Source: an uncultured Geobacter sp. | GTDB lineage: Bacteria > Desulfobacterota > Desulfuromonadia > Geobacterales > CAIOGM01 | Length of the DNA: 64,000 nt | Reading direction: 5' to 3' | Assembly (NCBI GenBank): GCA_903857795.1 | Contig: CAIOGM010000122.1 | Coordinates: 846 to 64,845, forward strand | Part shown: positions 9,543 to 19,489 of the stretch, piece after piece | How positions within the stretch are numbered: the stretch's first letter is position 1 | How the letters are laid out: every line of letters begins with the position of its first letter | Notes under the pieces: generated by a model | The model's input: the letters and a program-made list of their open reading frames with translations, nothing else | Database searches by the model: none | What the model was told of the DNA's origin: nothing | Program-made: the position numbers and the translations under genes

Positions 9543-10015
9543 TGCTGTTGTACCGCATCACCGAACCACAATTCGCCGATGACCTGTCCGGTGACGGCGC
9601 TCGACTTTACGGGGGACGGTGGAACCCCAAAGGTATACCGCTCATCTACACCTCGGAATCGGTTGCGCTGGCGGCGCTTGAAGTCATCGTCCGACTGGCC
9701 ACCCCGAAACTGTACAGCCGTGTCACCTATGAACTTCCGAACGATGTAAGCACGGAACTGATGACTATAGCCGACTTACCGCCAAACTGGGAACTTCCCT
9801 TCCCGAATATCCGCTTATTGGAATTCGAAAAAAGTTGGGCCAAGGAGCAACGCTCCCTAGCGCTCAAAGTCCCTTCGGCGGTTGTGCGGGGCGAAGGTTG
9901 GAACTACCTCCTGAATCCCCTCCACCCGGAGAGCAGAACAGTCCGTATTACCAATATCGCCCCTTTTTCTTTTGATGCTCGCCTGCTGGCAAAGCTGTTG
10001 CCGCGTTCAAAATAA
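9542..10015 (+). CDS. RES-domain toxin
   Basis: LYRI, GGRWN, YTSES..LAALE, VPSAV, NYLLNPLHP; TGATG coupling to the antitoxin. Confidence 0.9.
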   Translation: MLLYRITEPQFADDLSGDGARLYGGRWNPKGIPLIYTSESVALAALEVIVRLATPKLYSRVTYELPNDVSTELMTIADLPPNWELPFPNIRLLEFEKSWAKEQRSLALKVPSAVVRGEGWNYLLNPLHPESRTVRITNIAPFSFDARLLAKLLPRSK

Positions 10016-10105
10016 CCTGTGGAGATGACCAGCTTCGTGGTCATCGCTCCGGTATTTGCACCAACCCATCCGATTTCGATCATCTGTTTTAGGACGTAAG
10101 CTCCC

Positions 10106-11902
10106 ATGAAACTCTTTGAGAAGAACCTGGCGACCCTCCGCCGCAACAACTCTCTCCTCGCGGAATCGATACTGCGCGTGAAGCCGTCGGGTGATCTGCT
10201 GTCTCTCGAACGGGCGCGTAACGGTCAGCCCAGCGCGAAGAAGAACGGAGTCCTGCTTCATTCGACCTATGATCCGGGGAAGGAGGCGCTCGCCTGGCTC
10301 TCCTCCGCGGTACAGGGAGAACCGCGCAAGCTCTGCGTGCTGGGGTGCGGCCTGGGCTACCACCTGGCGGCGCTGGCCGACAAGGGTTACCATGGCGCCT
10401 TCATCGAGCCCGACCCGGCGCTGTTCCGCCTCGCCCTGGAGCAGCAGGATCTGACCGCGCTCCTTGAGAATTTCCGCCCCCTCGTCGGCGTTTCCCTGGA
10501 GACCCTGCGGCGCGCCCAGCGGGATCTTCTTGCCGGAGAGACCATCGCCCATCCCGCCTCCGTTCGGGCCAATCCCTCATATTTCTCTCCTTTGATCGAC
10601 TACGGCCGGGCATTGAGCCTGGTGAGACGCGGTGGGCTGAAGATCCTCCTGGTCAATCCGCTCTACGGCGGCTCCTTACCCGCGGCCCGCCTGAGCGCCG
10701 CGGCGCTGGAAAGGCAGGGGCATACTGTCGAAGTTTTCACCTCCGAGTCGTTTGCCCTGGGACACGAATATGCCGACCAGTTCACCCATCAGGCGCACAA
10801 GAAAGAGTTCACCAGCGGCCTGGTCTCTCTTCTGGGGAAGGGGATACTGCTGAAGGCGCAGGAGTTCGAGCCGGACCTGGTGCTGGCCCTGGCCCAGGCG
10901 CCGCTCCACCTCCCGACCCTTGGCCGCCTGGAACAGATGGGAATCCCCACAGCCTTCTGGTTTGTAGAGGATTATCTGTCGCTTCCCTACTGGCGTATCG
11001 TGGCCCCAAACTACGGCTACTTCTTCGGGATTCAAAAGGGTGAGTTCGTCAGCCAACTCCGGAGCGCCGGGGTCCGCAACTACGCCTATCTCCCCACCGC
11101 AGCCGCGCCGGAGATCCATACTCCGCTCACACTCACCGGGGAGGAGCAGCAGGAGTTCGGTTCACCGCTCTCGTTCATCGGTTCCGGCTACCATAACCGG
11201 CAACGCTTTTTTCGCGGCCTGCTGGACTACTCCTTCAAGATCTGGGGGAGCGAATGGCAGTTGACCCGCCCCTTGGCCCCTTGCATCCAGCGGGACGCCG
11301 CACGGGTGGACACGGAAACCTGTGTGAAGATCTTCAACTCCTCGGCCATCAATCTGAACCTGCATTCGTCCACCTACCACGAGGGGATCGATCCGGCCGG
11401 TGACTTCGTTAATCCCCGCACCTTCGAGATCGCCTGCTGCTCGGCGTTCCAGCTGGTCGACCGGCGCAGCCTCATTTCCGAACTCTTTGCAGATGACGAA
11501 CTGGAAACCTTCGGGAGCATGGAGGAGCTTCGGACCAAGATTGACCACTACCTGGCCGATCCCGCCGGCCGGCAGCGGGTGGCCGCCAAGGGGAGAGCCA
11601 GGGTGCTGGAGGAACATACCTATGAGGCGCGGATGGAGGAGCTCCTCACCCTCATGCTCTGCGCCTTTCCCCGGATCGCTGAGCGACAGGAATCCCGCCT
11701 GAACAAGGAGCACACAGTGCGTAACGCGCTCGAATCCCTCCCCGGAATGGACGAAGTCATGCAACATCTTCCCGCCAGCGGCGGAATCGATCTGGCCTCA
11801 ATCTGCGACGCCATCGACAATGTGCAGGGGACTCTGACGCGGGCGGAACGGATCTTCCTCATGCTCAAGAACATGCAGCCCGCCAAGGGGAGTACGCCGT
11901 GA
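10106..11902 (+). CDS. CgeB/DUF3880-type glycosyltransferase with Maf-like N-terminus
   Basis: LHSTYDP.KEA, GCGLGYH, FWFVED, NPRTFEIA, EHTYEAR. Confidence 0.8.
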   Translation: MKLFEKNLATLRRNNSLLAESILRVKPSGDLLSLERARNGQPSAKKNGVLLHSTYDPGKEALAWLSSAVQGEPRKLCVLGCGLGYHLAALADKGYHGAFIEPDPALFRLALEQQDLTALLENFRPLVGVSLETLRRAQRDLLAGETIAHPASVRANPSYFSPLIDYGRALSLVRRGGLKILLVNPLYGGSLPAARLSAAALERQGHTVEVFTSESFALGHEYADQFTHQAHKKEFTSGLVSLLGKGILLKAQEFEPDLVLALAQAPLHLPTLGRLEQMGIPTAFWFVEDYLSLPYWRIVAPNYGYFFGIQKGEFVSQLRSAGVRNYAYLPTAAAPEIHTPLTLTGEEQQEFGSPLSFIGSGYHNRQRFFRGLLDYSFKIWGSEWQLTRPLAPCIQRDAARVDTETCVKIFNSSAINLNLHSSTYHEGIDPAGDFVNPRTFEIACCSAFQLVDRRSLISELFADDELETFGSMEELRTKIDHYLADPAGRQRVAAKGRARVLEEHTYEARMEELLTLMLCAFPRIAERQESRLNKEHTVRNALESLPGMDEVMQHLPASGGIDLASICDAIDNVQGTLTRAERIFLMLKNMQPAKGSTP

Positions 11903-13443
11903 AAGAGATCCTCGTGCTCAATCTGACCCGGTTCGGCGATCTCATCCAGACAACCCCGCTCCTGAGACGGCTTAAAGCCCAGCACCCGTCGGCCCGGGTG
12001 ACCCTCGCCGCTCAGCAGCGGTTCAGCGCCATCCTCCCGCTCATGTCCGGATATGATCGCTGCATCCTCTTCGATCAGGACGATGTTACGCTCCGCCTGG
12101 AGAGAGATGAGCTTCTGGCCGGCTATGAAGCGGTGGATCGCTTCGTTGCGACTCTTGAGGAGGTTCAGTACGATCTGGTGGTGAATCTGACCGCCAACCG
12201 GATGAGCGCGTACCTGGTGTCGCTGCTGCATACCAACCAGACCGCAGGCATCACCTCCTCGGACAGCGGTCAGCGGCTCATCAGTGGCGCCTGGGGGCTC
12301 TATCTCTACAGCTTTCTCCTGGGTGACGCCAGGCGGTATAACCGGATCAATCTGGTGGACATCTTCAGCAAGATGGCTGGGGTCGAGCCGGACAGCCGTC
12401 CCGTGGAGCTTCACGAAACCGCCGCAGGCCGTCTGTTCGCCACGACATTCCTTGACAAATCAGGGATCGGAACGGACCGGCTGGTGGGTCTGCAGCTGGG
12501 CGCCAGCGACACCGACCGCTGCTGGTCATCGGAATCCTTTGCCTCCCTCTCGGACCGGCTCCAGGAGCTGGACGGAGTCCGCACCATCCTCTTCGGCGCC
12601 CCCTCGGAACTCCCTCTGGCGAAACGGGCGATCTCGCTCATGAAACATCCCCCCATCAATGCGGTCGGGGCGACGAGTATTCCGGAACTCTTCTCTCTCC
12701 TGAAGAGCTGTTCTCTCCTGGTAAGTAACGATACCGGCACCATGCACTTCGCCGCAGCCGGCGGCGTCCCGGTGGTGATGCTGACGGTGGGCCCGGCGGC
12801 GTTCTACTGCACCGGCCCGTACAGCGCCGGCAACATCGCACTCCAATCCCCCCTCCCCTGCTCTCCCTGCCGCTATCATACGGAGTGCAACAATCCCGTC
12901 TGCCGTGACCTGATCCCGGTGGAGAGCGTCCTGGACGGGTGCCGACTCCTGCTGGGAGAGACGGCGGAGCTTCAGGGCAGAGACGCTGGTGTCCGGTTTT
13001 TCAGGAGCCGATTCGGTTCGGACGGATACCTGGAGTGGGAGGTTATCCGCAACGGTAACGAACCCCTGGAACGGCTCTCCCGCCGTTACTCCATCGCCCT
13101 GAAACGATTTCTTGACGACGCAACCGCGAGCCCCCTCTCCACCGTCCCACTCTTCCCGGAGCTGGTGGCTCTGACGGAACAGGGGATAACATTGACCTCC
13201 CGGATCATGAAGGCGGCGGCTCAGACTCCCCTTCCCATGGAGCTCATCGGCTCACTGGGCGCCGAGGAGTCGGCCATCGAAGCCGAACTGAAGCGCCTCG
13301 GCGCCGTCAAACCTCATCTGGCGCCGCTGGTGGATTTCCTCACCCTCATGCGGGAAAACATCAGCAGCGACGACCTGGCAACGGTGGCGGAAGAGACCCG
13401 GCAGCTCTACCACCAGGGAAACCTCTTCGCCCGACAGCTGTAG
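11899..13443 (+). CDS. GT9-family (heptosyltransferase-like) glycosyltransferase
   Basis: TRFGDLIQTTP, QLGAS, VSNDTGTMHFA, C-x-P-C...C...C. Confidence 0.85.
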   Translation: MKEILVLNLTRFGDLIQTTPLLRRLKAQHPSARVTLAAQQRFSAILPLMSGYDRCILFDQDDVTLRLERDELLAGYEAVDRFVATLEEVQYDLVVNLTANRMSAYLVSLLHTNQTAGITSSDSGQRLISGAWGLYLYSFLLGDARRYNRINLVDIFSKMAGVEPDSRPVELHETAAGRLFATTFLDKSGIGTDRLVGLQLGASDTDRCWSSESFASLSDRLQELDGVRTILFGAPSELPLAKRAISLMKHPPINAVGATSIPELFSLLKSCSLLVSNDTGTMHFAAAGGVPVVMLTVGPAAFYCTGPYSAGNIALQSPLPCSPCRYHTECNNPVCRDLIPVESVLDGCRLLLGETAELQGRDAGVRFFRSRFGSDGYLEWEVIRNGNEPLERLSRRYSIALKRFLDDATASPLSTVPLFPELVALTEQGITLTSRIMKAAAQTPLPMELIGSLGAEESAIEAELKRLGAVKPHLAPLVDFLTLMRENISSDDLATVAEETRQLYHQGNLFARQL

Positions 13444-13474
13444 CACCATGTTGGTGCGTCTCCGGCCATAACGC

Positions 13475-13501
13475 TAAAGATTCCCGGCACAATGCCGAAT
13501 T
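13475..13501 (+). promoter_or_regulatory. Sigma28 (FliA) promoter for flbD-motAB
   Basis: TAAA-N15-GCCGAATT. Confidence 0.75.
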
Positions 13502-13541
13502 AAATAAGAGGGTCATAACTCTCATTATGAAGGGACACGCC

Positions 13542-13808
13542 ATGATCTACCTGACAGGGCTCCATGGGAGGGCGATCTACGTCAACCCCGACCAGATTCA
13601 ATCCATAGAAGAGACTCCGGACACCCACGTAACCCTCATGAATGGCAATATTTTTATTGTCGTGGACAAGACCGAGAAGATCGTCGAAAAGATCATCACC
13701 TTCAAGTCGGCCATCCTCCGCCGCGCCGGAGGCGCCCCCATAAAGAAATACCTGGTCAAACGAAGGACATCCGGGTATCACGTCAGAACGAATCACTTCG
13801 AAGAGTAG
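13542..13808 (+). CDS. flbD: Flagellar FlbD family protein
   Basis: MIYLT.L.G..IYVNPDQIQSIEETPDTHVTL. Confidence 0.85.
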   Translation: MIYLTGLHGRAIYVNPDQIQSIEETPDTHVTLMNGNIFIVVDKTEKIVEKIITFKSAILRRAGGAPIKKYLVKRRTSGYHVRTNHFEE

Positions 13809-13815
13809 GATAATC

Positions 13816-14607
13816 ATGGATATAGCAACAATTATCGGCCTGTTAATGGGCTTTGGCGCGGTCATAGGCGGGCAGACTCTCGAAGGGGGCAGCATTATGG
13901 CCCTAATTCAACCGACTGCAGCCATCATCGTCCTCGGCGGCACCTTCGGCGCCACCATTGTCAGCTTCCCCATGAACCACCTCATGCAGGCGGTGAAGGA
14001 TATCCGGAAGGTCCTCTTCCCCACCCATGCAAGTCCGGAACCGTTGATCAAGGCGATCATGGGTTTTGCCTCCAAGGCCCGCAAGAACGGTCTGATCTCC
14101 CTGGAACCCGAGGTGCAGAAGACCAAGGACACGTTTCTCAGGAAGGGACTCTCCCTGGTGGTGGACGGTATCGACCCCCAGAAGCTCAAAGAGACCATGG
14201 AGATCGAACTGAACAGCTATGAAGAGCATGCCAAGGGGAGCGCTGAAGTCTTCGAATCCGCCGGCGGCTTCGCCCCGACCATCGGCATCATCGGCGCCGT
14301 CCTGGGGTTGATCCATGTCATGGAAAACCTCAGTGACAGCTCAAAACTCGGGGGAGGGATCGCCGTCGCCTTCGTTGCGACCATCTACGGTCTCATGACG
14401 GCCAACCTCGTCTGCATCCCGTTCAGCACCAAGCTGAAACAGCGACTCAAGGAAGAGATCCTGCAGAAGGAGATGATCATCGAAGGGCTCATGGCCATCC
14501 AGAACGGCGAGAACCCCCACTTCATCGAGCAGCGGCTCAATTCATTCGTCCAGCACACATCTTCGGACAAGAAGGGGCCACCAGGTGGCAAGAAAACAGA
14601 AGCATGA
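13816..14607 (+). CDS. motA: Flagellar stator protein MotA
   Basis: ARKNGLISLE, GGFAPTIGIIGAVLGLI, AFVATIYG, GENP. Confidence 0.95.
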   Translation: MDIATIIGLLMGFGAVIGGQTLEGGSIMALIQPTAAIIVLGGTFGATIVSFPMNHLMQAVKDIRKVLFPTHASPEPLIKAIMGFASKARKNGLISLEPEVQKTKDTFLRKGLSLVVDGIDPQKLKETMEIELNSYEEHAKGSAEVFESAGGFAPTIGIIGAVLGLIHVMENLSDSSKLGGGIAVAFVATIYGLMTANLVCIPFSTKLKQRLKEEILQKEMIIEGLMAIQNGENPHFIEQRLNSFVQHTSSDKKGPPGGKKTEA

Positions 14608-15379
14608 AAAAGAGGCCAACCACGAGCGGTGGCTGGTCTCCTACGCCGACTTCATCACCCTGCTCTTTGCGGTGTTCGTCTGTCTCTACGCCATGTCTCA
14701 GGCTGACCAGAGAAAGGTCGAATCACTGGTTGCATCCATGCGGGAATCGTTCGGCCATGTGAAGACCGGCGCCTCTTCCGAGAAGGTCAACTTGGTGGAG
14801 AGCACCGACCTGCGCAAGATCCCTTCGATCAAACCGGAGACGCTGAGTCCCGGCAAGGGGGGAGAGGACGTCAAGGTCATGAAGAGGAGCAGGTCCCGGG
14901 CCGAAGCGAAGGATTTTCAGCAGGCCAAGGCCATTATCGACGCAGCCTTAAAGACTTACGGAGCCCAGGATAAGGTCAGCGTACAGGTCACCAAACGGGG
15001 GCTGGTGGTGAGTCTGAAGGAGGCGGGATTTTTCGATTCGGGGAGCGCCGACGTCAAGAACAACTCGCTGCAGCTTCTGGAGTCAGTGGCCAAGGCGTTG
15101 GGCCAGTTCAGCAACCCCGTCAGGATAGAGGGGCATACCGACAACATGCCGATCAACTCCCATGCCTTCAAGTCAAACTGGGAGCTCTCCACCTCCCGCG
15201 CCACCAACATCGTCCATTATTTGGTGGAAAACTATCAGTTCCTCCCGGAAAACATCTCGGCGGTCGGCTGCGGAGAGTTCCGCCCCATCGCCGACAACAG
15301 CACCGAGGAGGGGAGGCGAAAAAATCGCCGGGTGGACATCGTCCTCCTCTTCAAGGAGAGCGACGGCGGCGAAACGTAA
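14585..15379 (+). CDS. motB: Flagellar stator protein MotB
   Basis: WLVSYADFITLLFA, EGHTDN, NWELS..RA, NRRVDI. Confidence 0.95.
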   Translation: MARKQKHEKEANHERWLVSYADFITLLFAVFVCLYAMSQADQRKVESLVASMRESFGHVKTGASSEKVNLVESTDLRKIPSIKPETLSPGKGGEDVKVMKRSRSRAEAKDFQQAKAIIDAALKTYGAQDKVSVQVTKRGLVVSLKEAGFFDSGSADVKNNSLQLLESVAKALGQFSNPVRIEGHTDNMPINSHAFKSNWELSTSRATNIVHYLVENYQFLPENISAVGCGEFRPIADNSTEEGRRKNRRVDIVLLFKESDGGET

Positions 15380-15389
15380 GGGGCACGAC

Positions 15390-15596
15390 GTAGGGGCGAG
15401 GCATGCCTCGCCCAGTGCGCAAGAGCAGGGCCAACGCAGTCCCCATCCGCAGGGGCGTATGATATACGCCTGTACCCAAATTCAACAGACGGGCGACTCA
15501 TGAGTCGCCCCTACAAGTCGCCCCTACAAGTCGCCCCTGCAAACCCTTCGCACCCGACCCGAAGGCGCATCCGTAGGGGCGAGGCATGCCTCGCCC
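15390..15596. repeat. Cluster of GTAG-type REP palindromes between convergent genes
   Basis: GTAGGGGCGAGGCATGCCTCGCCC at 15390 and 15573; GGGCGACTCATGAGTCGCCCCTAC at 15491; 13-mer AGTCGCCCCTRCA x3 at 15503-15541. Confidence 0.8.
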
Positions 15597-15608
15597 GCCG
15601 GGAATAAA

Positions 15609-17249
15609 TCACAACCCCAGCAACGCCAGGAGTTCTCCCATCCGGTGCCGATAGGTATGGCTCTTGAGGACCCGCTGCCTGGCCAACCGGACAATCTTCT
15701 CCCGAACATGAGGCCGTTTCAGGTAGAAGTTCGCCTTCTCCGCCAGATCCCCCACCCCCTCATAGACCGCAAGCTCCTCCTCCTCGAACAGCTCGAAGAG
15801 CTCTTCCTGCCGGTCCGTCAGCAAAAAACCGCCGCAGAGGGGAACGTCGAAGAGCCGCTGATTTACCGTGCGCGGCATCTGCAGGCTGGTGGCGTTGAAG
15901 TTGACAATGGATGAGGCGTAGACCGCCGGCGTCTCGGCAAAATAGTTCACATCCGGCAACGCCCTGATCCTGTCGCCGAAGATCGCCCGCCACCCGTCGG
16001 GGTCGCCGAAGAAGGTCAGCCCCAGGGGGATGAGCTGTTCCAGCAGGGTGGTCCGATAACGGGTCGTGGCACTATGGAGGGCATAGGCACGGAAGAAGAG
16101 CTCGGCCTCCTGGCAGGGGAGATCCAGCTCTTCTGTCGCCACCACCTCTTCCAGCAGTTCCAGTTGGCGCCCCCGGTTCTCCAGGAGAAGCGTCACCGCC
16201 CGCTCCAGAACCACCCGGTTGGCGGCCGTTTGCGGGAATTTAGTGGCCAACCGCGACAGGAAGTCACTCACCAGAGAATTCCCCACAAAGGAGAGCTTCG
16301 CCCTGAATCGCTCCGTCAAGACGGCGTGGTTCTTCAGCGTCGCATCCGCGGCGAGTGGGAGGTGGAAGGTCTGGAATCCCAGCGCCGTGATGTGGGGCAG
16401 GTAGCTCCGGTCCCAGAGGAAGAGCCTCGCGATCTCCGTCAAGGGTAACGCCGTGTCGTTCAGGATGAAGTCAGGAGAGTCGACGAACCAGAGCGCCAGG
16501 GGGATGCCGAGCCTCGTCAGTACCTGTCCGATGACCCCATTGCTATCCAGGCCGCGCATATTGATACTGAACACCAGATCGGGGCGTTCCGTGACCAGAG
16601 CCCGATGGAAAGCCGAGAGGGTCTCGGCCTCACCCTGAAGGTACTCGACGATGACCACCCGGTGCCCCAGCTCCCGGAACCCCCTGATGCACTCCCGCTG
16701 ACCATAATAGCCGCCGAACAGGACCAGGATGGTCAGGGAGCTCTTCCGTACCGGTTCATGACGCGGCCGGCCGATGGAGGCGAAACAGGCGTGGAGATGG
16801 GCGTACCAGGCGGGGTTGATGCTCAGAGAGGGGGGGTGGGGGACAATCTGGAGCCGGGCGGCGTCCAGATCAAGGGGGAGAGCCGCTGCCCCGCCGCCGG
16901 TCGGCTCTCCGGTCACGGTATCAATCAGCAACCCTCGGTCGCGGATCCGTTCCGCGGCGACAGCCGCCAACTCCGGATACCGCTCCACGATGACAACCCG
17001 CTTCACCGAGGGATTGGCGGCAACTGTCAGCTCTATGTGGTAGCCGAGACCGCTCCCCAGAAAGACGACGGTCTCCTGTTCTATCCGCTCGGGAACGTGG
17101 CTTTCGGCTTCGTGGAGCGGATCATAGCGCGAGTGAAGATACTGGCAGCCGCCGTCTTCGGCCACCAGACGCGCCGTCTCGACCCCTTTCTTCCCGGGAA
17201 GGAGTTCGACTCTCATTCCCGCAAGATTTTCATCAGGGGGGTCAGCCAT
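15609..17249 (-). CDS. CgeB/DUF3880-type glycosyltransferase with Maf-like N-terminus
   Basis: LHSRYDP.HEA, GSGLGYH, LWFVDSP, NQRLFDVPLCGGFLLT, HTYRHR. Confidence 0.8.
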   Translation of the reverse strand: MADPPDENLAGMRVELLPGKKGVETARLVAEDGGCQYLHSRYDPLHEAESHVPERIEQETVVFLGSGLGYHIELTVAANPSVKRVVIVERYPELAAVAAERIRDRGLLIDTVTGEPTGGGAAALPLDLDAARLQIVPHPPSLSINPAWYAHLHACFASIGRPRHEPVRKSSLTILVLFGGYYGQRECIRGFRELGHRVVIVEYLQGEAETLSAFHRALVTERPDLVFSINMRGLDSNGVIGQVLTRLGIPLALWFVDSPDFILNDTALPLTEIARLFLWDRSYLPHITALGFQTFHLPLAADATLKNHAVLTERFRAKLSFVGNSLVSDFLSRLATKFPQTAANRVVLERAVTLLLENRGRQLELLEEVVATEELDLPCQEAELFFRAYALHSATTRYRTTLLEQLIPLGLTFFGDPDGWRAIFGDRIRALPDVNYFAETPAVYASSIVNFNATSLQMPRTVNQRLFDVPLCGGFLLTDRQEELFELFEEEELAVYEGVGDLAEKANFYLKRPHVREKIVRLARQRVLKSHTYRHRMGELLALLGL

Positions 17250-17872
17250 CAGGCAAAGGACTCTTGCGCCATCCGGGAGAACATGACAAACACCTCTTGC
17301 CAGTAGTCGATCAGGGGCAAGAGTTCGTATTCCAGGAGATCACCCAGCAGGACCCAATCCCGATTTTCCTGGGACTGGATGATCTCCATCAGGATTTGAT
17401 TGAGACTCTCTATCTCCCCGGCAAGCGGGACTCCGCCGCTTCTAAGGGTGCTGAAATCCAGCTGCAGTGTCTCGCCGATATCCCCTGTCAGATTAACGAA
17501 CTCCTCCAGACAGCTTACCAGCGTCACGAACGACTTGATCCCCTTGGGGTCATTGCCGCAGCGGTACGCCTCCACCGTCTCCCCGAGCAGCACCCGCAGG
17601 TCTGAGATCAGGGTCTCCCCGTAGGAGATTGCGCCATAGACCAGGTCGAATGACGATCCGCTGGTCACCTCCACCACCGAGTCGACACTCAGAGTTCTCT
17701 GCACAAACCATTCGGAGCCGGGGAGTATTTCCCGGCCGTTGATCTTGAGCGTTGAGATGAATCTTCGGCCTCGCGCCATTTCAGCGGAAAGGTTGTCCAT
17801 GAAGCCGGCAAAGTCATCGGCGTCACTCTGTTCCATGATCCGCGGTAGTCCATCGATCGTGCACGTCGTCAC
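17249..17872 (-). CDS. Hypothetical helical protein in the fliD/fliS operon
   Basis: GTG start after AAGGAGG; C-terminal ENRDWVLLGDLLEYELLP; coupled to the downstream GT. Confidence 0.65.
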   Translation of the reverse strand: MTTCTIDGLPRIMEQSDADDFAGFMDNLSAEMARGRRFISTLKINGREILPGSEWFVQRTLSVDSVVEVTSGSSFDLVYGAISYGETLISDLRVLLGETVEAYRCGNDPKGIKSFVTLVSCLEEFVNLTGDIGETLQLDFSTLRSGGVPLAGEIESLNQILMEIIQSQENRDWVLLGDLLEYELLPLIDYWQEVFVMFSRMAQESFA

Positions 17873-17882
17873 CGTAGCCTCC

Positions 17883-19061
17883 TTAATGATGTCGTTCCCG
17901 CATGTGAGATACGAGAATAGACATTCTCTTTTCATAGGTATGTTCAGCCAGAACCCGCTTTCGTGCCGCCCGGGCAATCTTCTCACGCTCTTTGGGATTT
18001 CTCAGGTAGTACGCGGCCAGGGCGACGGCCTCGTCGGTGGAATCGTAGCAGACCGACTCGAGCCCCGGCTCGAAGAAGCAATCCATATCGGCCATCCGGT
18101 CGGTCAACAGAAACGCTCCGCAGGCCGCCACATCGAAGACTCTCTGATTGACTGCACTCTTCATCTGCAGGTTGGTGGCGTTGATATTGACATCGGTTCC
18201 GTTGAACACGCGGGGCAACTCACGATAATAATTAACCTGAGGTCTGAGGGAGGCACCCTTACCCAGGAGATTTCGCCACCCATCATCACCGTAGACGATG
18301 AGCCCCAGGGGGAGCAGCGCCTTCACCACCCCCAATCGGTAGACAAGGGTAGTGTCCCAAACAAGAGCGCTCTCCAGGTCCAGGAGCTCCTCCGGCGCAA
18401 TCCCCTCAATATCGCCGAGGATGGCGGACATCGGCTCCAGTCGCGATTCCAGTTGTCGTGGTACAGCCTTCTCCCTGATTGCGGCGTATCTCTCCGGGAG
18501 GAATTTATCGCTCTTTTCCTTTGTCGGCTGTTCCAGTGAATAGCCGACAAACGTGAGCGCTCCGCCGATTGTGGCTCTCCCTGACCGAGCCATCGGTCTG
18601 AATATCTCCGGATCGGTGGCCAGGGGAAGATGAACCGGCCGGACAAACCCCATGGCCTCTATCTGATTCAGATACCACCGTTCCCAGCAGAAGAGCGTAC
18701 AGAGGTCGGAGACATTTTTTCGGTGATGTTTCAGTACGTACGTCGGGCTGTCCACATACCAGGAGGCGAACGGGATCCCCAGATCGGTGAGCAGCGCGGT
18801 CAGGGCGCCGTCCTCGTCAAACCCCAGATGATTTACGGTCAGCAGGAAATCGGGCCGAACCGTCACCAGGAGGTTCAGGAGCCGCTTGATAAAATCGTCT
18901 CCCAGGGGGAGCATGAAGACCTTGTGCCCGAGCCGTTCCAACCCCCTGGCGCACTCGGCCACGGTGAAGTAGCCGCTGGTGAGAAACACGACAGTGCATG
19001 AATCGGTTCCGAATCGGGGATAGTGCAATGCATCCCGGAGGGGTGAATTATGAGGTATCAT
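17883..19061 (-). CDS. CgeB/DUF3880-type glycosyltransferase
   Basis: SWYVDSP, LPLATDP, NQRVFDVAACGAFLLT, EHTYEKR. Confidence 0.8.
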   Translation of the reverse strand: MIPHNSPLRDALHYPRFGTDSCTVVFLTSGYFTVAECARGLERLGHKVFMLPLGDDFIKRLLNLLVTVRPDFLLTVNHLGFDEDGALTALLTDLGIPFASWYVDSPTYVLKHHRKNVSDLCTLFCWERWYLNQIEAMGFVRPVHLPLATDPEIFRPMARSGRATIGGALTFVGYSLEQPTKEKSDKFLPERYAAIREKAVPRQLESRLEPMSAILGDIEGIAPEELLDLESALVWDTTLVYRLGVVKALLPLGLIVYGDDGWRNLLGKGASLRPQVNYYRELPRVFNGTDVNINATNLQMKSAVNQRVFDVAACGAFLLTDRMADMDCFFEPGLESVCYDSTDEAVALAAYYLRNPKEREKIARAARKRVLAEHTYEKRMSILVSHMRERHH

Positions 19062-19489
19062 CAGCCGCTGAATCCATGCAGCGAGGAACGTATGTTACCG
19101 CTCTGATAGCCGTGGAGCGCCCTTCGCCCACTGGAGAGGGCCCGTATCTCCTCGCGCAACGAGAGCAGCTTCTTCCCGGCAAGAGCCAGCACCAACCGCT
19201 CCATCTGCGCGATGCTCTCCAGCATGCCGCTCAAACGCTCCTGGGACTCTCGTCGGAAAGCCAGCTCCTCTCGTGGAACCGGGACCGGAGAGTGACTCAG
19301 ATAGCCGTTCAATTTAGTGTCAAAATCAGCCAACCCGCTGACAAGTTTTTGACGCCGCTCCAGGAACCGTTCAAGATCGTCCGGCGCAATGGCATCCACC
19401 TTTCTCAGGCAGGCGGCGGTCTCCTCTTCCAGGGAGCGGAGCAACTCCTCCCCCTCATTGAGCAGTGTCTGCAGGGCGCTGTCGATCAT
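19061..19489 (-). CDS. Helical flagellar chaperone-like protein (FliT-like by position)
   Basis: Directly after fliS with 4-nt overlap; all-helical, LERRQKL. Confidence 0.5.
   Translation of the reverse strand: MIDSALQTLLNEGEELLRSLEEETAACLRKVDAIAPDDLERFLERRQKLVSGLADFDTKLNGYLSHSPVPVPREELAFRRESQERLSGMLESIAQMERLVLALAGKKLLSLREEIRALSSGRRALHGYQSGNIRSSLHGFSG

Noticed and set aside
15390-15596. CRISPR array
   Set aside because: Units vary in sequence and orientation, with no regular spacers and no cas genes
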